Part shown: one piece after another, positions 1 through 12,770 of the stretch | Numbering within the stretch: position 1 is the stretch's first letter | How the letters are laid out: the number at the start of each line of letters is the position of its first letter | Assembly (NCBI RefSeq): GCF_009914755.1 | Contig: NC_060929.1 | Source of the DNA: the human T2T-CHM13v2.0 reference genome, Homo sapiens | Strand: one strand, 5' to 3' | DNA length: 64,000 nucleotides | Notes under the pieces: model-generated | What the model was told of the DNA's origin: nothing | What the model saw: only the letters and a program-made list of their open reading frames with translations | Database searches by the model: none | Made by a program: the position numbers and the translations under genes

Positions 1-249
1 TCTGTCAAGTACATATTCTTGGAGATATCACTCTCAGGAACCCACTTTAATCTGCATTTGTTGCTATATCTGCATTTGTTGCATTTGTTGCTGAGTTTGC
101 TGTACCACTTTCATTCTGGGGTCTCCCTTTTTCTTCATCCTGAGGAATTTCTTCTCATTTTTCCTGAATTGAATCTTGTTTTCCTCATCCTTGTTTTACT
201 TCTTTATTGTAGTAAAGCACTTCTTTCAGTAGTTTTCTTAGAAGGAATG

Positions 250-1130
250 CACAGGATAAAAATTTTAAAGTAATTTGCATAGCTGAAGATATCTTCAGTT
301 TGTCTCTACATTTAACTGTTTTTTTTTTTGATTGGGTATAGAATTCTGGGTTAGAAGTTATTTTTCCTTAGAATTTTGAAGGCATAATTGCATTTTCTTC
401 AAGCTTCTAGTATTGCCATTAATAAGCCTGAAGCTTATCTGCTTATTGATCATTAGTATGTAATCTATTTATTTTCTTTTGTGGAATCTTCAAAACTTTT
501 CTTTATTCCAGCATTCCAAAATTTTAATTGATGTGCGTTAGCTTAGCCCTGTTTTTAATCTCTTATTTTGGGCTTTTTAGTGGGTTTTCCATCTGGAAAT
601 CAGGTTCTTTGGTTATGGAAAATTCTTTTGAATTATTTCTTTGATAATTTTTTTTTCACCATTTTCTCTTCTCTCTCTCATTAGAACCCCCATTATACAG
701 ATATTGGGTTTTCTGGGTGGATTCTCTATCTTTTTCATATTTTCTTATCTATTGCCCGCTTTTTGTTTTTTGTCTTTTTGCTCTTATGTTTGGGAGATGT
801 CTTCAACTTCCTCCTTCAACCCTTTGCTTAGCTTTATTTTAATCCTATCAAATCTTTAACTTTGAAGCATTCCTTCATGTTTTCAATTACTCCTTTAATG
901 GCTTTATATTTTTACTTTATAGATACAATATCTCTTCTCCTGTCTCTGAGAATATTCATGACAGTTTTTGTATTCTGAGGTTTTCATCTTCCTGCACGGT
1001 GTTTGTTTCACCAACTTGCTTTTTTTTCTATTTGTTTGTTTGCTATCTTGTGTGCCATTCATTTTAGGGTCTCTCCTCAGATATCTAGTCATCTTTGGTG
1101 CTCTGCTCATAGTTAAAGATGAGAACAAAA
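250..1130 (-). mobile_element. Ancient L1 (L1M/HAL1-like) ORF1-region fragment, highly degenerate
   Basis: T-rich antisense tract with motif 'gggtatagaattctgggttagaagttatttttccttagaattttgaagg...cttcaagcttctagtattgcc', typical of old L1 ORF1 read antisense; boundaries approximate. Confidence 0.55.
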
Positions 1131-1631
1131 ACTAATTGGAAGTTTTACGTACATGTGTGTTTCCATTTTAAGGTTATCAGATTGGACTATTTTATTTTAT
1201 TTATTTATTTTCCTATTTTCTTTTTTTAAATGTTGGCTCCAGTCCAGTAAGTTGACTTCACAACCTACTAATGGGTTATGACCTGAAGTTAGAAAACTAT
1301 GGTATAGAAGATCTAGAGAGAGACCTTCGGTTACAAGTACATATAACGCAAGCTGGATACTTGGATACTGTTGTAGACTCTTCAGCCATCATCTTCCACA
1401 TCCAACAGCTTTCTACATGTGTAGGCTCTGTCTCTTACATGCCTCTTGATTGACTTTCCTTCTCTGCATGTACTGTCTCTCCCTCCTCCCTGCCACATGG
1501 ACCAAGCTGCCTGTCCTGGTTTCCTGCCTGCTGCTTAGCCCTCCTGTCCATCCTCCAAAGTGCAGCCAGTGATCGTTCTAAAAAATGCATTTGATGAAAA
1601 GTCTGTAATAGTCTTTACTTGTCTACATCCT

Positions 1632-1670
1632 ACACACACACACACAAAAACAAAAACAAAAACAAAAAAC
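1632..1670. repeat. (CA)n followed by (CAAAAA)n microsatellite
   Basis: acacacacacacac then aaaaacaaaaacaaaacaaaaaac read directly. Confidence 0.85.
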
Positions 1671-1897
1671 CAATAAATGCATCTAATTCCTTAGCCTTGT
1701 CTGGCCTTGATTTCTCCTCCAGGGTCATTTCTCACTAATTCTGCATTTGTATCTCATGTTGAATCAATGTTGACTCATGCACAAGTCCTTGAATCTTTCA
1801 TGCTCTTTCATATCTTGGGCCTTTGCTTTTGAAGATTTTTCTGCCTAGAATTCCCATTTGACCGAATACTGGGCTCATTCCAGGATCAGCTCAATCC

Positions 1898-2590
1898 TTT
1901 ATTTTTCTTTTCTTTTTTAAAATTATACTTTAAGTTCTGGGATACATGTGTAGAATGTATAAGTTTGTTACATAGGTATACACATGCCATGGTGGTTTAC
2001 TGCACCTATCAACCTGTCATCTACATTAGGTATTTCTCCTAATGCTATCCCTTCCCTAGCCCCCCACCCTGCAACAGGCCCAGGTGTGTCATGTTCCCCT
2101 CCCCGTGTCCATGTGTTCTCATTGTTCAACTCCCACTTATGAGTGAGAACATGCAGTGTTTGGTTTTCTGTTCCTGTGTTAGTTTGCTGAGAATGATGGT
2201 TTCCAGCTTCATCCATGTCCCTGCAAAGGACACGAACTCATCCTTTTTTATGGCTGCATAGGATTTCATGGTGTATATGTGCCATATTTTCTTTATCCAG
2301 TCTATCATTGATGGGCATTTGGGTTGGTTCCAAGTTTTTGCTATTGTGAATAGCGCTGTAGTAAACATATGTATGCATGTGTCTTTATAGTAGAATGATT
2401 TATAATCCTTTGGGTATATACTCAGTAATGGGATTGGTGAGTCAAATTATTTCTGGTTCTAGATCCTTGAGGAATCACCACACTGTCTTCCACAATGGTT
2501 GAACTAATTTACACTCCCACCAACAGAGGAAAAGTGCTCCTATTTCTCCACATCCTCTCCAGCATCTGTTGTTTCCTGACTTTTTAATCG
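1898..2590 (-). mobile_element. 5'-truncated L1PA (about L1PA7-age): 3' UTR plus ORF2 C-terminus
   Basis: Poly-T then 'attatactttaagttctgggatacatgtg'; minus-strand ORF 2126-2368 translates as the ORF2 C-terminus ([20 protein letters not shown]...[11 protein letters not shown]). Confidence 0.95.
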
Positions 2591-3599
2591 CTCAGATTTA
2601 TGAGAGAAGTCCTAATGTTGGCTTCTTTGAGTGTTTTGAGCTGGTTAGATTCTTCAGGTAAAATCTTGTCTGAAGGATTTTGCTGTCATTGTTTTGGTAG
2701 TCCAATCAGAGAAAACAGGAGCCTCAGTAGTCAGGATATTACTACTCTCTTAGTGTCCTTGTTGCGTGTGTAATACCCTCCTCTTAAACTCTTCCCAATA
2801 TCTTCCTATTCAGAGATCTTTGTTTTATTCATTCTTTTAGAATAAACTTTCAGTTTTCTGTCAAAGTTGATTAGGGGCAATTTTGCAACCATATAGATTA
2901 GAGGAAGACATCTGGAGGCCTAACTTTTCTCTTTCAAAACATTTTATTAAGAAAGGTTTTAAACATATATCAAAGTAGAGAGAAGAGTATAAACCCCAAT
3001 TAAATACTTGTCAATATTTTGCCAGTTTCTGCTACTACCTAAATTTACTTGCAACCTATCCTGTTGTGTTCAGCTGTAACTTTGCTTCCTTCCAGAGGTC
3101 CTGGTACCACCAATCTCTGAGTGTTTTTTCAGTGTAAACTGAGTGGCTTACTTGTTCATTTATTCATTTCTCCACCACCACCTTAGGATTCTGCTTTCTT
3201 GAGTCTACTAATGAATTTATCACTTTTCTTTTTGCTTTACAGCTTCCAGGCTATTATTGTTATTATCTTCTCTTTTGGTTTTGTTACCATATCGAAGTTT
3301 CAGTTTCTCCACAGATTGTACCTTTTCTGACACTGGAGATTTTTAATCCTGGGCCGATCTACTCTTTGATGGGCTGATCTTTTATATCTCATTTCAGTCT
3401 TCACATTCTCCTAGAAACTTTCCTTGACCTCCCCATTATGACTTCACGGTTTGTCCTGTACCCTCTCATTTTATCCCTTTCTTTATCCCACTACATCTCT
3501 GATCTCATTGTCTTGTAATTACTTGTCTCCTTCAAGAGACAGTAAGTTCTGGGAGGACAGGTATACATTCCCAGAACAAATTATACATATAGAAAAATA

Positions 3600-3810
3600 T
3601 TATTAATTATATACCATGTGCCAGAAATAATTGTTTTTTCATTAACAACTTATGTAATCCTCAGAATAATTCTAGGATGTAGGCAATATCATTATCCTCA
3701 ATTTATATCTGAGAAAACGGAGGCGCTGTTATTCAATTAGTTGCCTGAGTTCACAGCATCAGTAAGGAGAAGAGCTTGGAATGAAACCCAAGTTTTCCAC
3801 TGCCAGATTC
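3600..3810 (-). mobile_element. MIR SINE
   Basis: Core 'attatcctcaatttatatctgagaaaacggaggc...ttgcctgagttcacagc'. Confidence 0.65.
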
Positions 3811-5724
3811 AGGCAGGTAATGGGTAGGGGTTTCAGATCCAGTTATAAAATAAATGAGCACATGAAGGCATGATTGAACTAACCAGGCAGGCCGAGGGCA
3901 CTAAGGAGGTTAAGAGGCCTCATCTTACCACTTCACCAAGAGCACTTCCGTCTTCAGTCCTGCGGCATTGAATATTTCCAGTCTGTGACAAAAGGTTTGA
4001 AAGTCATTACTATTCAGAACTGCAGATGCTCATCTGTTGCCTCCCCTCTGGGCACCCAGAGAAGAGACCTTCAGAATCATAATGCAGTGGTCTCACAGAA
4101 TCTGCCCAAATAGAGAGTTTGAGTTGAATTCTTGTCTGAATCCTATCCTCTCCAGAGCCTAACAGAGTGCCTGGAATTGAGGGTTCTCAGTATATGTTGC
4201 AATAAACCAGGCAACAAGTCAGATTAATCAAATGATCAATTATTTAATCACTGAATGCCAAGTTAGAAGGCATTTTAGCTCACTTCATACCTAAGCTTTA
4301 AGCGTTGAAAAAATTATAAGGTAAGACTTGATCTTTACCTTCCTGTCCTTTTTTAGTATCTGCTGTTTCTCATCCTGGTACTAGTCTCAAATGTCTAGTG
4401 TCCGAATGCCATCCATTTGTGTGTCCTGACCATTTCCTCAGGACCTCCCACCTGGAATACTTTCTTTGCATATCAATCAACTAATATTTGTATATTCAAA
4501 AAATGTCTATAGAGTGACAACTCAATGCTAGTTTAGTGGTAAGAAAAAAACAGCTGTGGGCCTAAGGACTGTGGGCCTTAAATTCCTGTTGTGTGTTTTA
4601 TCTTGGGCTTGGCTTTGTAAGGGTTACAAAAAGGTATGACGATATCTCTGTCCTCCAGGAATTTATAGTCTGGATGGGAAAGCAGAAAAAATACACAAAT
4701 AATTAGTGTGCAGTTAAACTAAACTGTGAGAATCTTTGCATAATGCAGTGGGTTCTCTGAAAAGGGAAACAGCCATGTGGGTGAGGGTTGGGCATGTACT
4801 GCAGGAATGTGTGCACGAAGACTAAGAACGAGGAATCAAACACTGGAGGTTTCCTTTATAACTGTCGAAATTTTCCACTAGGAAGTCAAGATGTTGCCTA
4901 CTTTGGTCACTATGTCACTAGTGCCTAGAATAACGCTCAATACATGGTTGTTGAATGAAGGCATGAATATTTTAGTGGGAAGGAAGAGCGGTAGATGGAT
5001 GAGGCAGACCCAGAGTATGGGCTGGCTTTTCTCCCCTGAGGATATATGTTCTAATGCCCCAGGTATTAGTAAATTATCTCATAAACTAATCTAAAAAAAT
5101 CCCTTCCTGTCATGACAGTCTCTGGTTTTGTGATTCTAATCCCTGTAGAAGTGCTAATAGTAGATAATGGCTTAATGTTGGATTCTCCCTAGAGCAATTT
5201 GCATTTTAACACTGGAATCCTAAAGATGCCTGCATTTCTAACCAGAGATTTTAAGTGCTGTGACAGAACCAGTAGGGGCTCAGGGATATTTGTGGGCTTC
5301 AAGGGATGAACCCCTGAGTTTTAGCTCATATGGCTTTCTCCGCTCTGCCTACCCATAAAGGTGGCTCATGAAGAATAATTTTGGCAGTCATTCTGTCACC
5401 CCAGGGAAACTAGGAATTTTGGAGATTCTTCCAGGTCCTTTTCCTGTCATTCCTTTGTCTCTGAATCAACCAATGGGCATCTCATACACTCAACTCTGTG
5501 GCATCTAAGTTATGTTCCTATAAATTATCTGCCAGCTCTGATTTTTAGTACTGATGGGCTTTCTAAGGCTGTGTCTCCTCTCTCTGCTGCCAAGTGAGTC
5601 CCCAGGCTTATAACAGAACAGTTGGGCAGGTGGTCCTTTGTGGGTATATATGTGAAAGAGTCCAGGCACACAGGGGATGCAGGGTGAGGAGAGAAAGATG
5701 GAAGGAGGTATGGGATATAACTGA

Positions 5725-5895
5725 ATAAATAATAGCTAGAAGAAAAAATTTGAAATGTTTCTAACACAAAGAAATGATAAATGCTCAAGGCAATGGATAT
5801 CCTAAATCCCCTGACTTGGTCATTACACATTCTATACCTGTGTAAAATGTCACATGTACCCCATAAATATATACAAATATGTATCAATAAAAAAG
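5725..5895 (+). mobile_element. L1MA-type 3' end fragment
   Basis: 'ctaacacaaagaaatgataaatgc...cattacacattctatacctgtgtaaaatgtcacatgtaccccataaatatatac...aataaaaaag'. Confidence 0.8.
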
Positions 5896-6036
5896 AAATG
5901 TATAAATAGATATATTAGTCAATCAGTTGATCATTTGATTGATGGCCAGGGCCTTGGACTCTACTGTATTAATACTCATTAATGTTTAAAATGACATTCC
6001 AGGCCTCAAAAGGTGTTTCAGAATAGGGTCCCCACT

Positions 6037-8369
6037 TGTATTAGTCAGTTTTCATACTGTTATAAAGAATACTACCTGAGACTGGGTAATTATAAAGGAA
6101 AGAAGTTTAATTTACTCCATGTTCTGCCCCCTTAACAGGAAGCATGTCTAGGGAGGCCTCAGGAAACTTATAAGCATGGCAGAAGGGTAAGCAAGCACCT
6201 TCTTCACGAGACAGTAGGAAAGAAAATGAAAAGCTCAGGGGAAACTGCCGTTTATAAAACCATCAGATCTTGTGAGAACTAACTCACTATTACAAGAACA
6301 GCATGGGGTAAACTGCCCTTATGATTCAATCACCTCCCACCAGGACTCTCCCTGAACACCTGGGGATTACATTTCAAGATGAGATTTGGGTAGGGATACA
6401 AAGCCTAACCATATCTGTCTGCCTGACCCCTCCCAAATCTCATGTCTTTTTCACATTTCAAAACCAATCATGCCTTCCCAACAGTCCCCCAAAATCTTAA
6501 TTTATTCTAACATTAACCCAAAAGTCCAAGTGCAATGTCTCATTTGAAATGAGGCAAGTCCCTTCCAACTATGATCCTGTAAAATCAAAAACAAGTTAAT
6601 TACTTCCAAGATACAATGGGGGTATGGGCCCTTGATAAATGCCTCCATTCCAAGTGGGAAAAATTGGCCAAAAACAAAGGGGCTAGAGGCCACATGCGAG
6701 TCCTAAATCTAGTGGGGCAGTCATTAAATCTTAAAGCTCCAAAATAATCTCCTGTGACTCCATGTCTTATATCCAGGGCATGCCGATGCAAGGGGTGGGC
6801 CCCCATGGCCTTAGGCAGCTCCTTCATGGACTGGTGTTGAGTGCCTATGGCTTTTCCAGGTGCACAGTGCAAACTGTTGGTGGGTCTACCATTCTGGTGT
6901 CTGGAGTATGGTGGTGGCTCTCTTCTCACAGCTCCACCAGGCAGTGCCCCCAGTGGGGTCTCTGTGTGGGGGCTCCAACCCCACATTTCCCCTTTGCACT
7001 GCCCTAGCAGAGGTTCTTCATGAGGGCTCTGCCCCTGCAGCAGACTTCTGCCTGGACATCCAGGCATTTCCATACATCCTCTGAATATAGAGGAAGAGGT
7101 TCTCAAACCTCAATTCTTGACTTCTGTGCACTAGCAGGCCCAATACCACATGGAAGCTGCCAAGGCTTGGGGTTTGCACCCTCTGAAGGAACGGCCCGAG
7201 CTGTACCTTGGCTGCTTTTAGCCACAACTAGAGCTGAAGTGGCTGGGACACAGGGCACCATGTCTCAAGGCTCACAGAGGGCCCCTGGGTGGGGCCCACG
7301 AAACTATATTTCCTCGTAGGCCTCCAAGCCTGTGATGGGAGAGGCTACCACAAAGATCTCTGTCATGCTCTGGAGACATTTTTCTCATTGTCTTGGCAAT
7401 TAAAATTTGGCTCCCTCCTTGTTACTTATGCAAATTTCTATAGCCAGCTTGAATTCCTCCCCAGAAAAAGGGTTTTCATTTTCTATTGCATTGTCAGGCT
7501 GCAAATTTTCCAAACTTTTAAGATCTGGTTCTCTTTTAAACATAAGCTCCACTTTCAAACCATCTCTTTGTGAATGCATAAAACTGAATGCTTTCAGAAT
7601 AATCCAGGTCACATCTTGAATGCTTTGCTGCTTAGAAATGTCTTACTCCAGATTCCCTAAATCATCTCTCTCAAGTTCAAAGTTTCACAGATTTCTAGGG
7701 CAGGGGCAAAATGCTGCCAGTATCTTTGCTAAAGCATAGCATGAGTGACCTTTATTTCAGTTCCCAATAAGTTCCTCATCTCCATCTGAGACCACCTCAG
7801 CCTGGACTTCATTGTTCATATCACTATCAACATTTTGGTCAAAGCCATTCAACAAGTCTCTAAGAACCTCTAAACTTTTCCACATCTTTCTGTCTTCTTC
7901 TGAGCTCTCCAAAGTGTTTCAACCTCTGCCTGTTACCCAGTTCCAAAGTTACTTCTACATTTTCAAGTTCTCTTTATAGCAGTGCCCCACTACCTTGGTA
8001 CCAGTTTACAGTATTAGTCTGTTTTCACACTGCTGTAAAGACATCTGAGACTGGGAAATTTATAAAGGAAAGAGATTTAATTGACTCACAGTTCTACATG
8101 GCTGGGGAGGCCTCAGGAAACACATTCATGGCAGAAGAAGAAGCAGGCACCTTCTTCACAAGGTGGCAGAAGAGAGAAGAGAAAAGCCCAGGGGAAACTA
8201 CCATTTATAAAACCAACGTATCTCATGAGAACTCCCTCACTATCATGAGAACAGCATGGGGGAAACCATCCACATGATCCAGTCTCCTCCCACCAGGTCT
8301 TTCCCTCAACACCTGGGGAATCACATTCAAGATGAGATTGGGGTGGGGACACAGAGCCTAACTGTATCA
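6037..8369 (-). mobile_element. Full-length ERVL-MaLR provirus (THE1D/MSTA-like): LTR 6037-6416, internal 6417-8009, LTR 8010-8369
   Basis: Both LTRs open with (t/a)gtattagtc and close with gagattTGGGT...(cca/ctg)tatc(t/a); about 1.6 kb MaLR internal region; 5-bp TSD ccact (6032-6036) / ccatt (8370-8374). Confidence 0.93.
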
Positions 8370-8744
8370 CCATTTTTCCTACCTTTGAGCTTCAATTCCC
8401 ACTGTTTTTTCACTTGAAGTGCCCCCTGCCTGACCTCCATATTACCAAATCCCACATATTATGAGAGCCTATCTCATCAAGCCTTTCTTCTCCGTACTCC
8501 ACCTTATTTGAGTAGAGACCTGAATGAAAAGAGCCATCTATGCAAGGATCTGAAGGAAGAGGTTGTGTACAGAGAAAACAGACATGGAAAGATTTGTCTG
8601 GAACCTGTTAGGTGGGTTTCTAGACCAGCATAGACACCAGCCAATGTGTGATTCACCTTTTTATTGTCCTCAGTGATGATGAAATCGGTTTGAATGAATC
8701 GGTGTTACATTAATGTTTTGAGGGTTAGACCCCTGAATGGGAGG

Positions 8745-8960
8745 GGAGACATTTACTGGGTACTGTTAAAGCTCTCAATGTTTTACATACATTTTCTGTC
8801 TTATTCTCACTATAGATAGGTGTTTTTCCTATTTTAGAGATGGGATAGCTGAGGCACAATGGGGTTCAGTGAGTTGCTCAAGGCTACAGAGCCAGTATGT
8901 TTTGAGCTAGAGTCTCTCTAGTGGCAAAGCCAATGCACTTGCCCTTTATCACATTACTTC
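8745..8960 (-). mobile_element. MIR SINE
   Basis: 'cctattttagagatgggatagctgaggcacaatggggttcagtgagttgctcaaggctacagagccagt'. Confidence 0.7.
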
Positions 8961-9369
8961 TGGGTTGCTTGCAAGTAGACAAGTTTCCTGACCCCTCAGC
9001 TTGCACAGACTCAGGACTCAGTCTGCTAATAGAATTTGTAAAATCCTTAGCTGCTTCTAGGAAATGTCCTCAGAAAATATGGAAGGTGTCAGTGAATGAA
9101 TGCACAGCCCAGCTTTTGAGTCCTCTCTCCTAAGTCCCTACCCCAGCCTCTGTGCCTGCCCCTGATAGTCTTTGATGGAAGGAGAGAGGAAGAAAGAACA
9201 CTTTACAAGGACTAATAAGACTTCGATCCATGCCACCTGCTTGCTTTTTCACTATTCTGAGCCACTGAAACTCTCCGGACCTCAATTTCCTATCTGCAAA
9301 ATGGATGTCCTATGTAGTAATATAATAAAAATATGATAAAACATATTTTCATCCACAACAACAACTGCA

Positions 9370-9540
9370 ACTGCCATTTATTGAGCCTTACTACGTGAAT
9401 GTTACCTCATTAAACCTTATGACAGATTTATAAGTTAGGTATGAGCACTATCTACCCCTATCTAAGAGATAAAAAGAGTAACATTCAGGTCAAGTGACCT
9501 ATTCATGGTCACTCAGGTATTAAATACTGACTCTTAGGAT
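9370..9540 (-). mobile_element. MIR SINE
   Basis: 'catttattgagccttactacgtg...caagtgacctattcatggtcactcagg'. Confidence 0.6.
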
Positions 9541-10004
9541 ACAGAGTCAAATATTTACCACAGCCTATAAGGCCCAGCATGGATGCCCTTCCAACCAATG
9601 CCCTCCCAACCAATCCCTCACACTTCACTTCCTGCACCCCCACCAAACTGGCCTTCTCTTTATTCTCCAATATGCTGTGCTTCTTCCATTACTGGGTCTT
9701 TCCTGGAAGCAGCTTTTCTCTGTAGATGCATTGTTCCCCTCTCTCCAATAAGATGGTTGTTTTAAGCTATTAAGTTTTGGGGCAATTGATTGTGTGGAAA
9801 TAGATAACTTTAATGAAATTATCCATTAACCAGTCTAGATCAGGCTCCTTTTTCCATGCTCCTATAGGGCTTAATTCCTTTTCTTCAGAGCACTTGTCTC
9901 AGTTGGCAATGATACACTCAGTGTAATTATATGATCATCTGTCTCCCTACTAGACTGGAAGCTTCATGAGAAAAAAACCATTGCTGTTTTTCTGGATTGT
10001 TCTA

Positions 10005-11060
10005 TCATTTAGGAGTGAATGTAGCTGCAAGTAATAGATTTTACTAGCAGTGTCTTAAACCTATGCAGCTTGTTTCCCTCATGAGACATAAAATGTGAAG
10101 ATGGCTGGCTGTTGGTATTAGTTTAAGGGCCCAGACACTCTCCCTTCCTTTTTGGCCATACTCAGTGTTTTGTATTTTCATCCTCATGCTTGTCCCCTCA
10201 TTGTTGCAAGATTGATGCTTTGGCTCCAGGTATTATATTTTTATTCATCATCCCAACAAGCAGGAAATAAAAGGACAGAGAAAAAAACCTTTTTTCCCTC
10301 ATGGATATGTTATTTTTCCAGAAAGAAAGTCTCCAACAGATTTTTATTTATATCTCATTGATCAGGACTGAGTCACATTACAGAAAAGAGTTAACATAGC
10401 TGGCGAAAGGCTATTCCCTTTAGAAGAACCTGCGTGTAAGATTGGCCCTTGGCTGGCATCTGAAAACTTGGTGTTTGACCCATTCCCAACAAATGAGGGT
10501 GGTTTCTGGCTCCTAAACTATACAAATAAGATGACTTATGCCAAACACTGCTTTCCTTCTGAGAATCTAGAATTTTGATATGTGCTAGGTACAGTGTGCT
10601 AATATGACTACTTCCCAATAAGAACCTTGGATTCTGAGTCTCAAATGGGCTTCCCTAGGCAGAAACATTGCACGTGTGGTACTGCATTTTTAGTTTTATT
10701 TTTTTTTTTTGCTGCTGGAATAAGGAACATGATGTGTCCCCTCACTAGGTGGTGACAGCATAATGAAGCCTGTGCATGGATTTCTCTAGATTACACCTTG
10801 TGTCTTTTCCCCTTGTGGATTCTACTGTGTACCCTTTGGCTATAATAAACTTGAGCCCTGGATGCTTCTAGTGAATAATCAAAGGTTTGCATAGTCTTTA
10901 AGACTCCACCTGGAACACGTGCTTTCTAGTAGACCCATAATAATCAAGGAAGACTGGGAGGGATACAATGACTGTCTTAGACTAGCACAATTCATCCCTT
11001 TGGCCTAGGGATAGGTTTGCTCCACCAACTGCACACACATTTTGGGTTCTGGGACTTGAT
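10005..11060 (-). mobile_element. Old MLT1-type solo LTR split by a MER21-family LTR
   Basis: 'gtagctgcaagtaatag...ttgcaagattgatgc...tctcattgatcaggactgagtcacat' resumes after about 10920 with 'caaggaagactggga...gtcttagactagcacaattcatccc'. Confidence 0.55.
10378..10915 (+). mobile_element. MER21/MER68/MER77-family LTR
   Basis: Start 'cagaaaagagttaacatagctggc...gattggcccttggctggcatctgaaaacttgg'; AATAAA near the 3' end ('tataataaacttgagcc'). Confidence 0.75.
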
Positions 11061-11934
11061 TGGGAAGGGATTATGTATGTGTGCTGGAGAGTGACGTTAA
11101 AGCCTGGAATGGTCCCTGGCACATAAAAGGTGTGTAGTACACACATTGGGAAAGAAAGAAAAAGAATGAAGAGGGCAGAGCAAGATTTTGGCTCCAGGTG
11201 TCATTCTTTCCAAAGCTAGATCTTATCCCATGTGCCATATGCCACCCCCTTTGTGGTGTTTCCTCTGAGTGCTGTTGGGAGGATCATATAATAGGGCTTT
11301 TAAAAGGACCACACAGTATACACATGAGCAGCTTCTCTATCAGTCTACATGCAATGGCGCAAGGCAAATTTACTTTGTCTACTTGGAAAGTGGGTAAAAT
11401 AGCATCTACTTCCATCCCATCTGGTGTTATGACTGGAGTCATATTTTGGACTCCAGTGAGTATTTTGGAAACACTTCTGAGTTGGTTTGGATGGGAATTT
11501 TTGTCTGTTTTCTTAAACAACCACTGCATCAAGCGAAAATATTTTCATTTTGAGAATTCTTGCTTTTGGTATCTTTGTATCCTAAATAAATGTTATTCAT
11601 GAGGAAAATTTGGATCTTGTAGGCAGTGTTTCCTTTGTTGGTTGAGATGCTGGGGAAATTGCCCAGGACAGCGGGACATGAGGATAGGGTACTGTTCAAC
11701 AGCCTAATGCTGACAGGAGAGTCAAGTGGGATCTTGCACAAAGTAGGACTGTCTGTGCATGAGAGCTAATGACAGTGCACTAGCAGGAAATACAACACAC
11801 AGCACTCAGAGGACATTTACAGTGGCTTTTTCCTAAGTTTGTTGTGACCTCTGCCAAGAATAGTTATTTGGGGGGCTGTTTGTGAAAGAAAAGATGATAT
11901 CATTTTGATTCATAGGCTGCCACTTTGAAGAGTG

Positions 11935-12100
11935 ATCTTAGATTTAAGCCGGTCCAGGACCTTAATTTTACGGATAGGTAAACTAAGGCCCAGAGAAAGC
12001 AAGGGACTTGTCCAATGTCACAAAGGAAATTAATGTCAGAACTAGAATGAGAAACCGATCTGCTGACTCTCAACTACCAATGCTTTCCCTAGAGACTACC
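11935..12100 (-). mobile_element. MIR SINE
   Basis: 'ttttacggataggtaaactaaggcccagagaaagcaagggacttgtccaatgtcaca'. Confidence 0.75.
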
Positions 12101-12334
12101 AATTGCAGAGTGGGTAGTAATAATATTTCTCTAAGATTTTGTAGGTTCTTATGACTTTTCAAGGCATTTTCAGAGGTAGATCTGTATTTTAATTGTCAGG
12201 AAACTGAAGTATAGTGTGCTAAAGGGAGTTACTAGGATTTGAGCTCAGTTCTTTAACTAACAATTTTTGCTTTTTACACTACTCTGGACGGTGGAATTTT
12301 AGCAATTATAACAACAATTACTATGACTGCTACT

Positions 12335-12770
12335 CCCAGAAGGCTTTTGGCTACAATTAACAGAAAACCCACTAAAAGTAGTTTAAGTACCAGGGATTGA
12401 TTTTTTTCATCAAGCAACAGCAAGTGATCTGGGCAGCTTCAGGGTGGAAGAATTTGGCAGCTTAATGACATCATCACAGATGTTAGTTCCTTCTGTCCTT
12501 TTGTTCTGCCATACTGTCAGCAGGGTCTTCCTTTACGGTCACAGGATGCTTTAAATTAGCATGATGATCCTAATGACCAAGAGGCTTGTGGGTGTCTTAT
12601 TTACCAATCACGGAAAACTTTCCAGGCAGTTACCCAGAAATACTCTTCTCAGGTCTCAATGGCCAGGATTGGGTCACATGTTCATTCTTAAGCAATCACT
12701 GGTAAACAGAAAAGACTAACATTGCATATGGACCGACCAGGATTCATTCCCTGAGACAGGGTGATAGGGT
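12335..12770 (-). mobile_element. Old MLT1-type solo LTR
   Basis: 'ttttggctacaattaacagaaaacccact...gtctcaatggccaggattgggtcacatgttcattcttaagcaatcactgg'. Confidence 0.65.

Noticed and set aside
49-102. Short tgcatttgt tandem repeats giving a Leu/His-rich ORF (19-273)
   Set aside because: Simple slippage repeat; the ORF composition is an artefact of it.
4228-5940. 14-bp inverted match aatcaaatgatcaa / ttgatcatttgatt
   Set aside because: Short, AT-rich and (AATC)n-like; compatible with chance.
6502-7619. Overlapping ORFs in the MaLR internal region
   Set aside because: Fragments of the decayed MaLR internal sequence on both strands; no continuous frame.
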